From positions 352,001 through 416,000 of the forward strand of contig CBDCFW010000006.1 in the NCBI GenBank assembly GCA_965216465.1: a stretch of 64,000 nt of DNA, read 5' to 3'. Below are positions 36,748 through 47,287 of this stretch, piece by piece. The DNA is from Bacteroidia bacterium (GTDB lineage: Bacteria > Bacteroidota > Bacteroidia > NS11-12g > UBA9320). The notes below the pieces were generated by a model. It worked only from the letters and a program-made list of their open reading frames with translations. It was not told where the DNA came from and made no database searches. Numbering within the stretch: the stretch's first letter is position 1; every line of letters starts with the position of its first letter. The position numbers and the translations under genes are program-made.

Positions 36748-38256
36748 CTATTTCTCAGGACGCATTTGCGGGAAGAATAACACTTCCTGAATGCTTTCGT
36801 TGTTGGTCAACAACATAACCAATCGGTCAATTCCGATTCCAATACCTGCTGTTGGTGGCATACCGTATTCTAATGCTCTAAGGAAATCTTGATCAATGAA
36901 CATTGCCTCATCGTCTCCTCGTTCCATAAGCTTCACCTGATCTTCGAAACGCTCGCGTTGATCAATTGGGTCGTTCAACTCGCTATAGCAGTTTGCAATT
37001 TCTTTACCGTTAACTACCAATTCAAATCGTTCTGTTAACTCTGGATTGTCTCGGTGTTTTTTAGTCAACGGGCTCATGCTAACCGGATAGTCCATAACAA
37101 AGGTTGGTTGTATCAGATGGTGCTCAACTTTTTCACCAAAAATTTCATCGATAAGCTTGCCTTTACCCATGCTTTCATCAACCTCCACATTCATACTTTT
37201 TGCGGTTGCTCTAAGCTCATCTTCGTTCATTTGGCTGACATCAATGCCGGTGTATTTTTCAATACCACCGAAAATGGTCATTCGCTCAAATGGCTTTCCG
37301 AAGTCGATTACTCGATCACCGAAAACAACTTCGGTTGTACCGTTAACATCCATTGCAATTTGCTTGAACATTTCTTCGGTTTTATCCATCATCCATTTGT
37401 AGTCTTTGTAAGCCACATAAAGCTCCATCTGACTAAACTCAGGATTATGGGTTCTATCCATTCCTTCATTTCTGAAATCTTTTGCAAATTCATATACCCC
37501 TTCAAAACCACCAACGATTAAACGCTTTAAATACAACTCATTAGCAATTCTTAAATACAATGGAATGTCTAAAGCATTGTGATGAGTTATAAATGGTCGA
37601 GCAGCTGCACCTCCTGGAATCGCTTGAAGAATTGGAGTTTCAACCTCCATATATCCTTGAGCATTCAAGAAGTTTCGCATCGAAGCTATGGCCTTTGTTC
37701 TTTTTACAAAGGTTTCTCTAACCTCAGGATTAACGATCAAATCAACATAACGCTTTCTGTAACGTTGTTCGGGATCTGTAAAAGCGTCAAATACCTTTCC
37801 GTCAACTTCTTTTGGCATTGGAAGTGGGTTTAACGACTTTGAAAGTACAGTTAATTGACTCACGTGAATTGAAGTTTCACCTGTTTTAGTCTTAAAAACA
37901 TATCCTTTTACACCAATAATGTCTCCAATGTCTAACAACTTTTTGAAAACATCATTGTACATGGTTTTGTCTTCTCCTGGACAAATTTCGTCACGAGAAA
38001 CATAAACCTGAATTCCGCCAACTTCATCACTCAAATAGGCAAAACTTGCCTTACCCATAATTCTTCGACGCATTAACCGTCCAGCAAATGATACTTCTTT
38101 CCACTTATCATTTTCAGGATCTGCTTCAAATTGCTCTTTGATTTCAACACTGCTAAAATCTTTGTCAAAAACATCTGCAGGATAAGGGTTTATCCCAAGT
38201 TCTCTTAGCTTATCTAATGCTTGTCGTCTCTGGATTTGTTGCTCGTTTAGCTCCAT
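36748..38256 (-). CDS. lysS: lysine--tRNA ligase (class II)
   Basis: [39 protein letters not shown]. Confidence 0.98.
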   Translation of the reverse strand: MELNEQQIQRRQALDKLRELGINPYPADVFDKDFSSVEIKEQFEADPENDKWKEVSFAGRLMRRRIMGKASFAYLSDEVGGIQVYVSRDEICPGEDKTMYNDVFKKLLDIGDIIGVKGYVFKTKTGETSIHVSQLTVLSKSLNPLPMPKEVDGKVFDAFTDPEQRYRKRYVDLIVNPEVRETFVKRTKAIASMRNFLNAQGYMEVETPILQAIPGGAAARPFITHHNALDIPLYLRIANELYLKRLIVGGFEGVYEFAKDFRNEGMDRTHNPEFSQMELYVAYKDYKWMMDKTEEMFKQIAMDVNGTTEVVFGDRVIDFGKPFERMTIFGGIEKYTGIDVSQMNEDELRATAKSMNVEVDESMGKGKLIDEIFGEKVEHHLIQPTFVMDYPVSMSPLTKKHRDNPELTERFELVVNGKEIANCYSELNDPIDQRERFEDQVKLMERGDDEAMFIDQDFLRALEYGMPPTAGIGIGIDRLVMLLTNNESIQEVLFFPQMRPEK

Positions 38257-38383
38257 TTGGTAAAAATTGGCTGCAAATATAAATTTTCAAATTGTCTGTT
38301 CCGTGTTATTTACCTTAAAAGGAGCAACTTATTAACATCACCAATAGTCTATTATGTAACAGTACGCGTATTTTTGTTTATTA

Positions 38384-41300
38384 ATGCATAGGCAAGGTTT
38401 CTTTCTACTATATTTCTTGATGATTGGTCTTTTGGGCCACACTCAGGAACCTGTAGTACCTGCTAACCTGCCGAAGTACGAATTCATAGAAAATCAAGGG
38501 CAGTTTCACCCGCTGGTATCTTACCAAGCCCGAATACCCTATGGATCAGTATATTTAGAAGGAGCTGGATTGGTCTACGACATGATCGACCCGCTTGACT
38601 ACGACAGTATCCAACAATGGAGACACGATCACCCTGCACAATCGCCTAAAATGGCACCTAAGCGCCACTCGATTCGTTTTCGATTTGCAAATGTGATCTA
38701 CGCTCCAACAACCTATCAAAAAGGAATTCAGCAGCATTATTACAACTATTACCGAAGTGCTGACCAAAAGAAATGGGCCTCTAAGGTACATCCTTCTAGC
38801 AATGTAGTTTATAAAGATGTTTATCCCGATATCGACTTTGAAATTAGCGGTCAGAAAGGAATTAAGTATGAATGGATAATTCATAATCCTAGCCCTGACA
38901 AGATAAATAAGATTCAAACGGTAATCGAAGGAGCAAATAGCATAGTCGTTGAAAATGAACGACTTATAATCGAAACGACCGTTGGACAATTGACCGACGA
39001 AGCACCTGTTGCCTATCAAAGAATCAACGGTCAAATTGTGATTATACCCTGTAAATTTGAGCTGCACGATTCGATTTTATCTTACAAACTTTTGGCAGAT
39101 GTAAATCCTGATTTTGACCTGATCATCGATCCTGAACTAATCTTTTCGACCTACTCTGGGTCGGTTGGTGACAATTTTGGATTTACAGCAACATACGATT
39201 CGAGAGGCAATCTTTACGCTGGGGGAATTGTTGCGGTGAGCCCTGGAAAAGTGTACCCCGTTACAGCCGGAGCATACGATGAGTCTTGGAACGGAGGTAG
39301 AGGGCGTAATCCTGCCAATCTTAATTGTGACATTGCAATTAGTAAATACGATAGTGCTGGAAACAACTTGTTGTGGGCAACCTACTTAGGAGGGGCCGAT
39401 GACGAATATCCGCACAGCTTGGTAGTTGACCGTAACGACGACCTCGTAATGCTGGGCACAAGTTATTCATTTGATTTTCCGCGTCTCGACCACAGCTTCG
39501 ACTCCACGAAAGGTCCAGGAGAAAATACCGACATTGTGGTTGCCAAACTATCCGAAGATGGCTCCGAATTGATGGGAAGCACCTATATCGGAGGCCGACG
39601 AAATGATGGTTTAAACCTTAACTCTTCGTTAAAGAAGTTCTATGCCGATGATTATCGAGGTGATGTTATTACCGATGATGATGGCCACATATTTGTTGCA
39701 TCGGTAACCCAATCGGATACCATGCCGCTTAAAGATGAAGTTCAAGCTGTTAAAAAAGGCAACTTCGATGGCTACCTTTTTGAGCTTAATGAGGATTGTA
39801 GTGAACTTATCTGGGGAACTTACTTAGGTGGAGATGCTAATGACGCTTTTTACAGTATCAAACTCGACCAAAACAATAATATCTTTATTGGTGGAGGTTC
39901 AAACAGTTCTAATCTCCCAACTACGGATACTGTTATTTCCAAATCAAAGGCTGGAGGCATCGATGGTGTGATTGGGAAATTTAACAAAACCACAAAACAA
40001 ATTGAAGCCTTAACTTACTGGGGTACATCCTCTTACGATCAAATATATTTCATAGAAATAGATGCTCGAAACCGGGTATATGCAACAGGCCAAACCGAGG
40101 GTTCGATCAGTCAAACACCAGGTACATACGGCTCCAGCAATAAAGGTCAGTTTATCTTTAGAATTGATAGCTCTTTACGCTCGATGGACTTTAGAACCAC
40201 ATTCGGTAACGATGATGGAGTACCCAATTTAGCCCCCAGTGCTTTTTTGGTAGATGTATGCGACCACATTTACTTTTCGGGATGGGGTGCTTATGATTAC
40301 GGTCTTACCTCAGGTTCTACTCGAGACATGGAGGTAACCGGTGATGCACATCAACCCACAACCGATTCGAACGACTTTTATATTCTGGTATTGGATAAAG
40401 ATGCAAGCAGCTTGTTGTATGCTACTTATTTTGGAGGAAATGTAACAGGAGACCACGTTGACGGGGGAACAAGTCGATTCGATAAGAAAGGCGTTATCTA
40501 TCAGAGCGTTTGCAGTAGTTGCCCACCATCTCGAGACGGCACGCAAACAACACAAATCAGCGACTTCCCTACATCCGCGAATGCGGCTTTTAAAACCAAT
40601 CCGAGTGAAAGATGTAGCAACGCTTCATTTAAAATTGACTTGCAAATCAAATCGGCAGTAATTGCTGATTTCACCGCTAATCCAACCCTCGGATGCTCAC
40701 CACTTAACGTAAATTTCTTTAACAAAAGCATTCTTGGTGATTCTATGTTATGGGAATTTGGAGATGGCGACACCTCAACATCACTAAATCCAACCCACAT
40801 CTACGATGAACCAGGCACCTATATCGCTCGATTGACTGTAATTGATTCAAATACCTGCAACATATCTTCCGTTTATGAGCGTGAAATTCATGTGGTAGCC
40901 GAAGCTATAGTTGATTTCAACGTAGAATACGACTTATGTAAAGGGGAACTAAAAATTGAAAATAATTCGCAATATGGTAACACCTACCGCTGGGACTTTG
41001 GCGATGGTGAGCAATCGAATTTGAAAGATCCAGAACACGAATACCTATCCCCGGGTTCCTATCGTATCAAGCTCTATGTAAACGAAGGTCAGCATTGCGA
41101 AGGCGTTGATTCTATGGATATTGAGATAGCAGACGTACTCGATTCACAGATAAAACTATACAATGTTTTCACTCCTGGAGTGGATGGATTGAATGACTGT
41201 TTCAAGATGGATGGCATTAATTTTTACTGTCAAGAGTACCGTTTACAAATCTTTAATCGATGGGGTGAAAAGATGTTCGAATCTGAAGATCCTGACGAAT

Positions 41301-41431
41301 GTTGGAACGGAAAAGTCTACAACACGGACCAAGTTCTTCCGGCCGGAACCTACTTTTATATTCTCACAATTGGCAAAAATTCATTAAATTTGGAGACTTA
41401 TTCAGGGAGCGTAGCTCTCATAAGAGAATAA
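38384..41431 (+). CDS. SBBP/PKD protein with T9SS type B (gliding-motility-associated) CTD
   Basis: FIENQGQ, LIIDP, STYSG/ATYLGG propeller repeats, PKD WDFGDG, NVFTP..DGLND...IFNRWG...GTYFY. Confidence 0.9.
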   Translation: MHRQGFFLLYFLMIGLLGHTQEPVVPANLPKYEFIENQGQFHPLVSYQARIPYGSVYLEGAGLVYDMIDPLDYDSIQQWRHDHPAQSPKMAPKRHSIRFRFANVIYAPTTYQKGIQQHYYNYYRSADQKKWASKVHPSSNVVYKDVYPDIDFEISGQKGIKYEWIIHNPSPDKINKIQTVIEGANSIVVENERLIIETTVGQLTDEAPVAYQRINGQIVIIPCKFELHDSILSYKLLADVNPDFDLIIDPELIFSTYSGSVGDNFGFTATYDSRGNLYAGGIVAVSPGKVYPVTAGAYDESWNGGRGRNPANLNCDIAISKYDSAGNNLLWATYLGGADDEYPHSLVVDRNDDLVMLGTSYSFDFPRLDHSFDSTKGPGENTDIVVAKLSEDGSELMGSTYIGGRRNDGLNLNSSLKKFYADDYRGDVITDDDGHIFVASVTQSDTMPLKDEVQAVKKGNFDGYLFELNEDCSELIWGTYLGGDANDAFYSIKLDQNNNIFIGGGSNSSNLPTTDTVISKSKAGGIDGVIGKFNKTTKQIEALTYWGTSSYDQIYFIEIDARNRVYATGQTEGSISQTPGTYGSSNKGQFIFRIDSSLRSMDFRTTFGNDDGVPNLAPSAFLVDVCDHIYFSGWGAYDYGLTSGSTRDMEVTGDAHQPTTDSNDFYILVLDKDASSLLYATYFGGNVTGDHVDGGTSRFDKKGVIYQSVCSSCPPSRDGTQTTQISDFPTSANAAFKTNPSERCSNASFKIDLQIKSAVIADFTANPTLGCSPLNVNFFNKSILGDSMLWEFGDGDTSTSLNPTHIYDEPGTYIARLTVIDSNTCNISSVYEREIHVVAEAIVDFNVEYDLCKGELKIENNSQYGNTYRWDFGDGEQSNLKDPEHEYLSPGSYRIKLYVNEGQHCEGVDSMDIEIADVLDSQIKLYNVFTPGVDGLNDCFKMDGINFYCQEYRLQIFNRWGEKMFESEDPDECWNGKVYNTDQVLPAGTYFYILTIGKNSLNLETYSGSVALIRE

Positions 41432-41436
41432 ATTTT

Positions 41437-44400
41437 ATGATAAAAAACAACTACTTACTTGCTGTAGCAGCGGCTGTTGCTGTCTGTAATCTTTTTATTT
41501 TTAGCAACTTAGAAAAAACTGATCAGGTGTCGGATGTGGTTAAAGAAACCAAGCTCGACAAACGAACTCGTGCTGATCTTGCTATTCAACAAAACTTTCA
41601 AATGACTGTTGACCCTGCAACGGGTACTATTCCACGGTCTCGACTGTGGAAGGCAACAGAATATTTGAAACAACAGAATCAACTTAAAGAAAAAGCTGCA
41701 ATTTCTAACATTCACTGGACTGAAAGAGGACCAGATAATGTAGGTGGAAGAACACGTGCACTTTTGTTTGACCCCAATGACCCAACCAATCAAAGAGTAT
41801 TTGCTGCCAGTGTCGGTGGTGGACTTTGGATTACGGAAAACATTCATGGTTCGCCAGTAGAATGGAGTGCTGTTGACGACTATTTTGATAATCTAGCGAT
41901 TACTACAATCGCTCACAATCCAATAAATCCAGATACTATATACTTTGGAACAGGCGAAGGGTTCTTTAATGCAGATGCAATCGCAGGAGATGGTATTTGG
42001 AGAAGTACCGACGGAGGTGTAACTTGGACTCAGCTATCATCTACAACCAGTTCAACCTATTCATATATTCAAAAAATCGTTGTCGATAGCAACGGATATG
42101 TCTATGCGGCAACAAGAAATGGAGGAGTTCGTAAATCAACTGACCATGGATCAACATGGAGCAAAGTGCTTGGAACTAGCTATAGTGCTACTACGAATAG
42201 AGCTGCCGATATCGAAATCGCTTCGAATGGAGATTTATATGCAGCGATGGGTATATTCTCGACAGATGGTATTTATAAAAGTACCGACGAGGGAAGTAAC
42301 TGGACCCAAGTATATACATCTTCTGGAGAGCACCGTATAGAACTTGCTTGTGCTCCTTCAGACAGCGATTATGTTTATATGATATCGCAAAGCAGTTCAA
42401 ATTACGAAGCGAATGCGGTAAGAAGAACTACAAATGGAGGATCTTCTTGGACTACTTTGACCAATCCAGATGACGTTTTTAGTGATAACTTCTGCAAATC
42501 GCAGGCTTGGTACAACATCAGCATGGCGGTTGACCCATACGATCGGGATAATGTTGTAATTGGAGGTATAGACTTGTACAAAACAACGAACGGCGGTACC
42601 ACTTGGACCGAGATTTCACATTGGTACGGGGCCACTGGTTTACCAGAAGTGCATTCAGATCAACATATTGCTTTGTACGCACCAAATAGTTCTGATACCA
42701 TTCTTTTTGGTAACGATGGAGGGATTTACCTATCTACCGATATATCTGCTGGTTCACCTTCATTTTCGCACCAGGTTGCAACTTACAATGTAACGCAGTT
42801 TTACGGATGTGCACTGAATCCTACAGCCTTATCAGGCCAAGCATTGGCAGGGTCTCAAGATAATGGTAGTCATCGATTTGACAACCAAGGAATGAATTCA
42901 ACGACCGAAGTAACAGGTGGAGATGGAGCATATGTTCATATCGATCAAGGCGACCCTTCTTATCAGTTTACTTCATACGTTTACAATAATTACTACAGAT
43001 CAACAAACTCGGGTACGAGTTTTAGCGGATCTGGGCTTGGATTCAGTAATTCGGCAGGTAAATTTATTAATCCTACCGACTACGACAACAATGCACAGAT
43101 TATGTATTGCTCTTGGAATACGGGGCAGTACATGCGTTGGACTAATCCAAGGTCAGGAAACACGGCCTCAGCGGTTTCATTTGGTGGTTCAGGGGAACCA
43201 TCCGCTCTTAAAGCTGATCCTAACATCGCAAATAGACTCTATATTGGTACAGATGACGGTGAAGTTTGGAAGATTGATAATGCGAACGGAACTATTACAG
43301 CCACAGATATTTCTCCTTCGGGCATGGGATCAAATCACTATGTGAGTTGTATTGCTGTGGAAGACGGAGATTCTAATCACCTAATTGCTACCGTATCAAA
43401 CTATGGGGTTACTTCAATTTATGAGTCAACCAACCAAGGAAGTACGTGGACCAGTATTGAAGGAAACTTACCAGACATGCCGGTTCGTTGGGCTATTTTT
43501 AGTCCTATAGGTGGAGACAGTGCCCTTATTGCAACAGAATTAGGTGTTTGGTCAACTGACGACATTAATGGAACGTCTACTTCATGGGCAGCCACAAATG
43601 ATGGTTTAGCTAATGTAAGAACAGATATGCTTCAATACCGAAGCTCAGATTCTACTGTAATTGCTGCAACCCATGGTAGAGGTCTTTACTCTTACAGTTT
43701 CTCTGAAATTTTAGATGCTGATTTTGAATCGAATAAACAATTGGTTTATCCTGGTGAAGAAGTACAATTTACAGATTTGTCGGTTGCTGCTACTTCATGG
43801 GCATGGGACTTTGATAACGATGGTAATACAGACGCAACTACTAAAAATCCATCTTGGACATACTACGAAGGAGGATATAAAACTGTAGCCCTAACAATTA
43901 ATGGATCTACAACGGTAACTAAAACCAGTTACATTACTGTTCTTCCGAAGCTTGGTATTCCATATACCGTTTCAGATGGAGGTAACTTCGAAACCAATCC
44001 ATGGCACTTTGGAAGCAAGGCTATCACAGGTACTAATCTTTGGGAAAGAGGTACCCCGAGCAACCATTTAACGACCTTAAATTCAAGCTCAAACGGATGG
44101 AAGACTGACCTTGATGCTGATTGCCCAGATGAAACTATCGAATGTCATCTCTACACGCCAAGTTTCAATATGTCTGAAACAGGTACTTACACATTATCAT
44201 TCAGAAAAAGCATGGAGCAACATTATTCCAACGCTCCTTATGTTGTGATTGTTGAATATTCAACCAATGAAGGTGATAACTGGTATAAGCTAGGTACAAG
44301 TCCTGATGCAAATGGAACCAACTGGTATGCAAACACTGGTGTTAGCACCGCTTTGCAATCCGATGGTATTGGATTTCTTGAAAATGCATCAAACGAAAAC

Positions 44401-45597
44401 ACGTCATACAATATCAGTTCATTAGCTGGTAATCACGACGTGCGTTTTAGGTTCACATTCATCTCTAATTCTGGTTTCTCAACCATTGGGTTTAAAGATG
44501 GGTTTATGCTCGACGACTTCGCTATATCTGGACCTGTAAACGAATCAAACGCTTGGGAAATTGAAACCGATTTGAATGCTTCTGCTACCCGATATTTAGG
44601 TCCAAACGATACCGTAAACTTTATTTCTGCTAACAATAAGATTATTGCAACAGTGTACAACTTAAGTGCACATGACTACGGTTTAACTACGGCTACAATC
44701 GACAATGCAGGTAGTGGTACGATGGACTTTGATACCAACACACTTGTATCAGAGCAAATCATGGAAAAAACCATGATGATTACGCCAACTACCAATAATG
44801 TTTCAGGGGCCATAAAAGTTTCGAGTTACTATACTAGTACAGAGGCAAGTAATTGGAAATCAACCACTGGCTGGAATTATACCGACCTCAACCAATTGAA
44901 ATCTTCTGTGGCTATAACATCTGCAACAGCAGCAAACACTTCAAGTGGTGCGAGTACTGTTCTCGACAGTACATATACCGGAACAAATGTGTCACTTACT
45001 AGCTCGTACACGAACGGATTCTCAGGTTTTGGAGCTGGACCGATGGGCCCAGTTTTACCTGTTGACCTTTTAAGTTTTGCTGGAGAAAGACACTTAAGTT
45101 ATACTTCACTTTCATGGCTTACGGCATCAGAGATTAACAGTAGCCACTTTGAAGTTGAAAGATTAGTGAATGGTGAATTTGTTAAAATTGGCGAGGTTAA
45201 AGCTGGAGGTACAACCTATTCTGCTACTGCCTATCATTTTGATGACACTGAATTTACTGTACAAAATGAGCGAAATCTTTTCTACAGACTACGAATTGTA
45301 GACAATGATTTCTCTTATGACTACAGTGAGGTAATCGTTCTCAAGAAAGAAAGTTCAAGTCAGATTGCAATTACTCCAAACCCTGCAACGAACTTCATTA
45401 ATATTGATCTAGGAAAGTCGCAATACAGTTTGGATCTAGAAATCGTGAACTCAGCAGGCCAAACTATGATGAGTCTGCAGTCTATTAAAGACTCTAGACG
45501 AATATCAACGGCAAATCTGCCGAGTGGTCTATATTTTGTTATTCTATCCAATAAAAATGGAATAATGGAATCCAAAAAAATTACAATAATCCACTAG
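41437..45597 (+). CDS. BNR/Asp-box (VPS10/GH74-like) protein with PKD and T9SS type A CTD
   Basis: WTERGPDNVGGRTRA, many SxDxGxTW boxes, ATHGRG, WDFDNDG, LPVDLLSF, PNPAT CTD; start moved from 41299 to MIKNNYLL. Confidence 0.88.
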   Translation: MIKNNYLLAVAAAVAVCNLFIFSNLEKTDQVSDVVKETKLDKRTRADLAIQQNFQMTVDPATGTIPRSRLWKATEYLKQQNQLKEKAAISNIHWTERGPDNVGGRTRALLFDPNDPTNQRVFAASVGGGLWITENIHGSPVEWSAVDDYFDNLAITTIAHNPINPDTIYFGTGEGFFNADAIAGDGIWRSTDGGVTWTQLSSTTSSTYSYIQKIVVDSNGYVYAATRNGGVRKSTDHGSTWSKVLGTSYSATTNRAADIEIASNGDLYAAMGIFSTDGIYKSTDEGSNWTQVYTSSGEHRIELACAPSDSDYVYMISQSSSNYEANAVRRTTNGGSSWTTLTNPDDVFSDNFCKSQAWYNISMAVDPYDRDNVVIGGIDLYKTTNGGTTWTEISHWYGATGLPEVHSDQHIALYAPNSSDTILFGNDGGIYLSTDISAGSPSFSHQVATYNVTQFYGCALNPTALSGQALAGSQDNGSHRFDNQGMNSTTEVTGGDGAYVHIDQGDPSYQFTSYVYNNYYRSTNSGTSFSGSGLGFSNSAGKFINPTDYDNNAQIMYCSWNTGQYMRWTNPRSGNTASAVSFGGSGEPSALKADPNIANRLYIGTDDGEVWKIDNANGTITATDISPSGMGSNHYVSCIAVEDGDSNHLIATVSNYGVTSIYESTNQGSTWTSIEGNLPDMPVRWAIFSPIGGDSALIATELGVWSTDDINGTSTSWAATNDGLANVRTDMLQYRSSDSTVIAATHGRGLYSYSFSEILDADFESNKQLVYPGEEVQFTDLSVAATSWAWDFDNDGNTDATTKNPSWTYYEGGYKTVALTINGSTTVTKTSYITVLPKLGIPYTVSDGGNFETNPWHFGSKAITGTNLWERGTPSNHLTTLNSSSNGWKTDLDADCPDETIECHLYTPSFNMSETGTYTLSFRKSMEQHYSNAPYVVIVEYSTNEGDNWYKLGTSPDANGTNWYANTGVSTALQSDGIGFLENASNENTSYNISSLAGNHDVRFRFTFISNSGFSTIGFKDGFMLDDFAISGPVNESNAWEIETDLNASATRYLGPNDTVNFISANNKIIATVYNLSAHDYGLTTATIDNAGSGTMDFDTNTLVSEQIMEKTMMITPTTNNVSGAIKVSSYYTSTEASNWKSTTGWNYTDLNQLKSSVAITSATAANTSSGASTVLDSTYTGTNVSLTSSYTNGFSGFGAGPMGPVLPVDLLSFAGERHLSYTSLSWLTASEINSSHFEVERLVNGEFVKIGEVKAGGTTYSATAYHFDDTEFTVQNERNLFYRLRIVDNDFSYDYSEVIVLKKESSSQIAITPNPATNFINIDLGKSQYSLDLEIVNSAGQTMMSLQSIKDSRRISTANLPSGLYFVILSNKNGIMESKKITIIH

Positions 45598-45599
45598 TA

Positions 45600-45626
45600 A
45601 AAAGGCGTCTCATGCAGACGCCTTTT
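45600..45626. terminator. intrinsic terminator (bidirectional type)
   Basis: AAAAGGCGTCT-CATGC-AGACGCCTTTT. Confidence 0.85.
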
Positions 45627-45639
45627 ATATTTTTGCTCG

Positions 45640-47187
45640 GTGAAAATCTTTTACCTCATCGGTTTTGTTGTTCTGACGCATTTGAGCTTTGGGCAAATGA
45701 TACATATGTCTATCAACGCCAGCGACAATCAGCCGAATGAGCCAACGATTGCCATTGATCCAACGGATCCATATCACATCGTAGCGGGCAGTAACCTTAA
45801 GAATAAATACGAGTCGTTTGACGGTGGCGAAACTTGGTACGAAACTCAATTTTCTTCTGAATATGGATTTTATGGAGACCCTGTTCTGCACTTCACCAAA
45901 AGCGGAGAGTTATTTATCGCCCATCTCCCAAAAACACCTGGAAAAACTTATGGAGAGTGGTTTGACCGAATTGTGGTTGACAAACTCGAGCCCGGCATAA
46001 AATCTTATTCAGTAGGATTTAACGAACCTAAAATGCAAGACAAACCTTGGTTATCGTCTGATGATTATTCAGAAGAGCACAAAGGAAATCTATACGTCAC
46101 TTGGTCTCAATTTGATCAATACGATAGTGACGACCCTGCACATCGCAGTCGAATTATGTTCTCAAAACTCACACCATCGAGCCAAGAATTCAGCGAAACA
46201 CTTGTTATTTCTGACATTACTGGAGATTGTAAAGATGGTGATAGCACCTTGGAAGGAGCAACATCTGCTGTAGGCACCAATGGTGAAATTTATGTAGCAT
46301 GGGCAGGACTAAACAAAATTTATTTTGACGCTTCACACGATGGAGGAAAAACATTCGGAACGGATCGCGTTGTAACAGAGCAGGTAGAAGGCTGGGAAAT
46401 GGATATGCCCAACATCTTTAGAGCTAACGGAATGCCTTTCATAGCATGTTCAAAGGAAACAAATAACATCTTTATTACTTGGGCAGATGAGCACGATGGT
46501 AATGCCGACATTTGGTTAGCATACAGCCGAGACCGTGGAAATACATGGTCGGATCGAATAAAACTGAACAAAGACAATTCATTCAGTCATCAGTACTTTC
46601 CGAATATTGCTATCGACGACAAGACTGGAAAAGTGTACGTTGCATTTTACGACCAAAGGCACTCCAATAAAAACCTTTTCTACGATATTTATCTAGCCGA
46701 ATTTGATATTACGAATCCTGAGAATATTAAAAACTTCAGATTGAGTCCTCAGAGCATTGCCTTGCCAGGAGAGAAGTTTTTTTATGGTGATTATTTAGAC
46801 ATCGACATCGTTGAAGGTCAATTGGCTGTCGCATATTCTTCATTTGAGTTTCCGAGTAGTAGTTCTATTGATATAGCGTTAGGTCCTTTATCAGAATTGG
46901 GTAAAGCATCACATGTGGTTCCAACTTCAATCACTTTGCACGACAACAAAGATTCAACTCAGTTGTACATAAACGTGCAAACTCCGGTTGAAGTAATCGC
47001 AAAGGTTAAAGGCAAAAAAAGAGTCAATTCTCTTACTAAAAAAATGAGTGCGACGGGTAAAAATTGGCATTCAAACTATGACTATTTACTCGCTGAATTT
47101 GATCGAAAAGAGGTAAAAAAGATTCGCGTTGTAGCGAAGAATAAAAACCAAAAATTCAAGTACAAGAAAACGATTAAGCTAAAATAG
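45640..47187 (+). CDS. sialidase-like BNR-repeat protein
   Basis: NEPTIAIDP, SFDGGETW, YGDP, QDKPW, SHDGGKTF, FYGDY. Confidence 0.8.
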   Translation: MKIFYLIGFVVLTHLSFGQMIHMSINASDNQPNEPTIAIDPTDPYHIVAGSNLKNKYESFDGGETWYETQFSSEYGFYGDPVLHFTKSGELFIAHLPKTPGKTYGEWFDRIVVDKLEPGIKSYSVGFNEPKMQDKPWLSSDDYSEEHKGNLYVTWSQFDQYDSDDPAHRSRIMFSKLTPSSQEFSETLVISDITGDCKDGDSTLEGATSAVGTNGEIYVAWAGLNKIYFDASHDGGKTFGTDRVVTEQVEGWEMDMPNIFRANGMPFIACSKETNNIFITWADEHDGNADIWLAYSRDRGNTWSDRIKLNKDNSFSHQYFPNIAIDDKTGKVYVAFYDQRHSNKNLFYDIYLAEFDITNPENIKNFRLSPQSIALPGEKFFYGDYLDIDIVEGQLAVAYSSFEFPSSSSIDIALGPLSELGKASHVVPTSITLHDNKDSTQLYINVQTPVEVIAKVKGKKRVNSLTKKMSATGKNWHSNYDYLLAEFDRKEVKKIRVVAKNKNQKFKYKKTIKLK

Positions 47188-47287
47188 TAAGTCAAAAAGC
47201 TGTAAGCACTTTAAACGCTTGATATTTCCTTTGATTTTTAGACTCAAAAAAACTTAATTTGCAGACTATTTTTTAAAACGACTAGAG

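Noticed and set aside
37054-37833. antisense or alternate-frame ORFs over lysS (likewise over the STAND, ugd, T9SS and TonB receptor genes)
   Set aside because: Shadow ORFs of well-supported genes with no recognisable motifs
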